From assembly GCA_964016885.1 (NCBI GenBank), contig OZ024742.1, forward strand, positions 32,364,001-32,428,000: a stretch of DNA of 64,000 nt, written 5' to 3'. The position numbers were made by a program, and so were the translations under genes. The notes beneath the pieces are model-generated. The model had not been told where the DNA came from, searched no databases, and saw nothing but the letters and a program-made list of their open reading frames with translations. Positions within the stretch are counted from its first letter, which is position 1. Each line of letters starts with the position of its first letter. This document shows positions 61,015-64,000 of this stretch, in pieces. The DNA comes from Eledone cirrhosa (Eukaryota).

Positions 61015-61898
61015 CTGAGACAAGGAATAAAAATGGTAAATATTATCAAGTGGTGATGGGAAGGTTGTTTATATAACAGAATAGCTAAGATATTTACTGG
61101 AGTAGACACAACAGACCCAGTGGACATCATCATCAACAAGTGTTTTAATACAATAGTCCCCATGAAAGCAGGAGTTAGCCTTGCAAACTCCATGACATGG
61201 GCTTCTTTTTGAGGCAAGGTTTTACCGTTAGATACCCTTTCTATCTCCAACCCATTTAGTCACCATGAAGGGATATGATGAATACAGACATCATCATCAT
61301 CATGGTCTGAAACAATTATCTCATATTTTATTGTAGTTTCTACAGCTGGATGCACTTCCTTATGCCAAACAGTTTAGAGTGTACTGGGTGCATTTTATCA
61401 TAGCATCTGCACTAATACTTTACAGAGTATCGTGGATGTATTTTATCACAGTATCAGTACTAATACATAACAGTGTGTACTGGGTGTATTTTCTCAAGCC
61501 ACCATAACTAACACTTTACAGAGTGTACTAGGTGTATTTAATTGTGCTGCCAGCACTGACACTTCACAGAGTGTACTGGGAGCAATTTATTGTGGTACCA
61601 GCACAAGAAGTTGACATGCACTTGGCAACACTGAAGATTCCTCTCAACCCTTGGTTTGGCAGGATACCTTTCCTAATGCCAATCACTTTACACATAAGCA
61701 TTTTATAAATATAAGCTCCCATAACAATGTCTTGTACTTTCTTGACATGACCCATTAATTTCTCACACTTAAATGTATATACAAGCCAGCCCATAACCAT
61801 TTATGTTTGAAACACAGAATAAAAAAGTAAGGAACACAATCTTCCATTGTAGTAGAAAGCAGCATAATTAAGAAATGGTATGAAATTCAAGAACATAC

Positions 61899-62050
61899 GT
61901 GTATTAAGAGCATTCCTGCAATGAAACTGAGACCTTGGCAGTAGCCAACTTCTTGGTCAATTAAACTGTAGGCCTTTAACAGATTGAAGAGTGCCAGTTG
62001 GCCTGGACCCAGCTGTGTCCGGAAATAAGGGTGTTTTGGAAAGGTCCGCC
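61899..62050 (-). CDS. TBC1D1: TBC1D1/4-like exon (catalytic Arg and Gln fingers)
   Basis: AG|(G)[36 protein letters not shown]|GTATGT; completes the IxxDxxR and YxQ motifs. Confidence 0.96.
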
Positions 62051-62189
62051 CTAGAAAATAGAAAAAAACATAAATGAATAAATGAATTGAATAATGAGAA
62101 GTTTCTAAAATCAAATATACAACCACATCAACACCATCGATTTTATGCCCATTTTTCCATGCTTGGTGTTCTCACAAGTATAACATCCC

Positions 62190-62540
62190 TCCACTTTATT
62201 GCTTTACTCCTTAATGAGGTGTAATTTCTTAAGGTCTGCTTTCACCACCTTTGCCCATGTCTTTCTTGGTTTTCCTCTTCGGCAGTTTTCTTCAGCTTGG
62301 AACTCAAAGTACTTATTAACCCAACCATCATCATCTATACAAATTTTCATGTCTGTACCAGTGCAATCCTCTCTCTTACACAGATCTGATTCTTTTTAAA
62401 GTTTAATTTGTCTCTCAGCTCTTTTATACTTTATTGATCATGCACACTAACATTACACATCCAAAAGAGCAAACTCAATTCATTTTTACCCAGCCTTCAC
62501 ACATTTCACACCCATGCAACATCACACTCCTGATGCAACA
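62190..62540 (-). mobile_element. Old RTE 3' fragment (intronic)
   Basis: Similar to 4200-4530 (ACCACCTTTGCCCATGTCTTTCTTGG). Confidence 0.6.
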
Positions 62541-63380
62541 ATGTTTTAAAGCTATTTTCCCTGCTAAAGCAGAGTTTGGCCTTGTCAGCATCATGATATG
62601 GGGTCCTTTTTGAGGTAATGTTTTACAGCTGGATGTCCTTCCTGGCACCAACCCTTTTAGTTGCTTTTTATAACACAGAGATTACAGTGCAGCTATTATA
62701 CATTATACATCCAGCAGAGCAAGCTTGATTTGTTTTCCTCCAGTTTTCCTACATCTTTTGCATTCCATGCGTCAGTCTCATTACCATTTAAATTTGCACG
62801 TCCAATGCAAGCACCATACAATATACTCATTACAGAGAGAATACACCACTGTCATCATCATCATTTTACATCAGCTTTCCAGGCTGGTATGGGTTATCCT
62901 ACTCTGTGACTAAATAAGTCAGAGAGACATCATCTTGCTCACATGTTCTATATTTATCAGTTTCTATGGCTGAATATCCTTCCTAATGCCAATCATCTTA
63001 CAGAGTGTACTGGGTGTATGTTATTATGGTACTAGCACTTACACTTTACAGAATGTACTGGATCATTTTATCATGACACAAGCACTGTTACTTTACAGAG
63101 TCATTTTATCATGGCTCCAACACTACCACTTTACTGAGTGTGTAGGATATATCTTACTGTGGCACCAATACTAACATTTTACAGAGTATATGTGGGTGCA
63201 TTTTATTATGAAACTGGCACTACCACTTTAAAGACTGTACTGGGAGTATTTTATCATGGTACAGGACTAGAAAGAACCTCATGTGCTCAGCCAAACTAGA
63301 ACATTTTCTCTTCCTTATATTGCCAGTCTAAATATTTTTGATATATAAATGTCCCAGAATGTTGATAGAACTATACTCAC

Positions 63381-63542
63381 CTAAATCAATGAGTATGGCA
63401 TGTTGGTGGGTGGTGAGTCGGCGCATCAAATCATCATAGCTAGCATCATCAAGACCACTACCTGTGCTCATCATGGGTGACTGCAGCTGGGCTTGTTCAA
63501 CCAACAGCTGCCAGATGGCTCCACGACGACTTTTTGGTACTC
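63381..63542 (-). CDS. TBC1D1: TBC1D1/4-like exon (start of TBC domain); the gene continues beyond the window
   Basis: CAG|(G)VPKSRRGAIWQLL...HQHAILIDL(G)|GTGAG; 162 nt, phase 1-1. Confidence 0.95.
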
Positions 63543-64000
63543 CTGAAAAGAAAAGGGAAAACAATTTTTAAAAATGAAATTATAGGCATGAGCTGTGGTT
63601 TTAGGCTCAGATCCACTGTGTGGCACCTTGTACAAATACCTCCTACTATAGTCTCGGATTGATCAATACTGTCTTAGAGAAATTTAGCAGGCGGAAACTG
63701 TGTGGAAGCCCATCATACTTATGTATCATCATCATCATTGATCTATGTCAATTTTGCATGGGATAAATGATGTCACATTATTTGGTCAAACATGTTCAGA
63801 TGATTGTGTTTTGCTTATGCCAAACACTTTATAGAATGTAGTGAGAGTATTTTATCATGGCACCAGAACTATATATACATACATATATGTGAAGATGAGA
63901 GATAGAGAGAGATGTCTGGTAATAACTGACCTTGTTTAATGCAATCAATAAGGATCTTCTTGTCAAACCGAGTGTCTTTTCGTTCAGTGTTATTCAACAT

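Overview
AT-rich, microsatellite-laden eukaryotic DNA. The repeat inventory ((TA)n/(CA)n tracts, tRNA-CORE SINEs, RTE LINEs, Penelope-like elements) is consistent with a coleoid cephalopod such as Octopus; this is an inference. The only clear host gene is the 3' part of a TBC1D1/TBC1D4-type Rab-GAP on the minus strand (six GT-AG exons, 55540-63542). The rest is mostly mobile DNA. RTE LINEs include a family with a PHD-type zinc finger inside the RT. A full-length Tx1/L1-clade element has an intact 1152-aa ORF2 and a 13-bp TSD. At least three Penelope-like (RT + GIY-YIG) elements are present; two have inverted pseudo-LTRs carrying minimal hammerhead ribozyme motifs. There are also CR1, R4/Dong and CRE fragments, maT and mariner relics, a Helitron-type element and many SINEs. 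The least explained region is 15.2-31.9 kb: an unnamed modular repeat system of fold-back arms around telomere-like G/T-rich cores (one expanded to about 2.9 kb of hexamer array), pentamer spacers and repeated exon-like acidic modules. Several short fold-backs derived from repeat ends also turn around at or near ribozyme-like cores.
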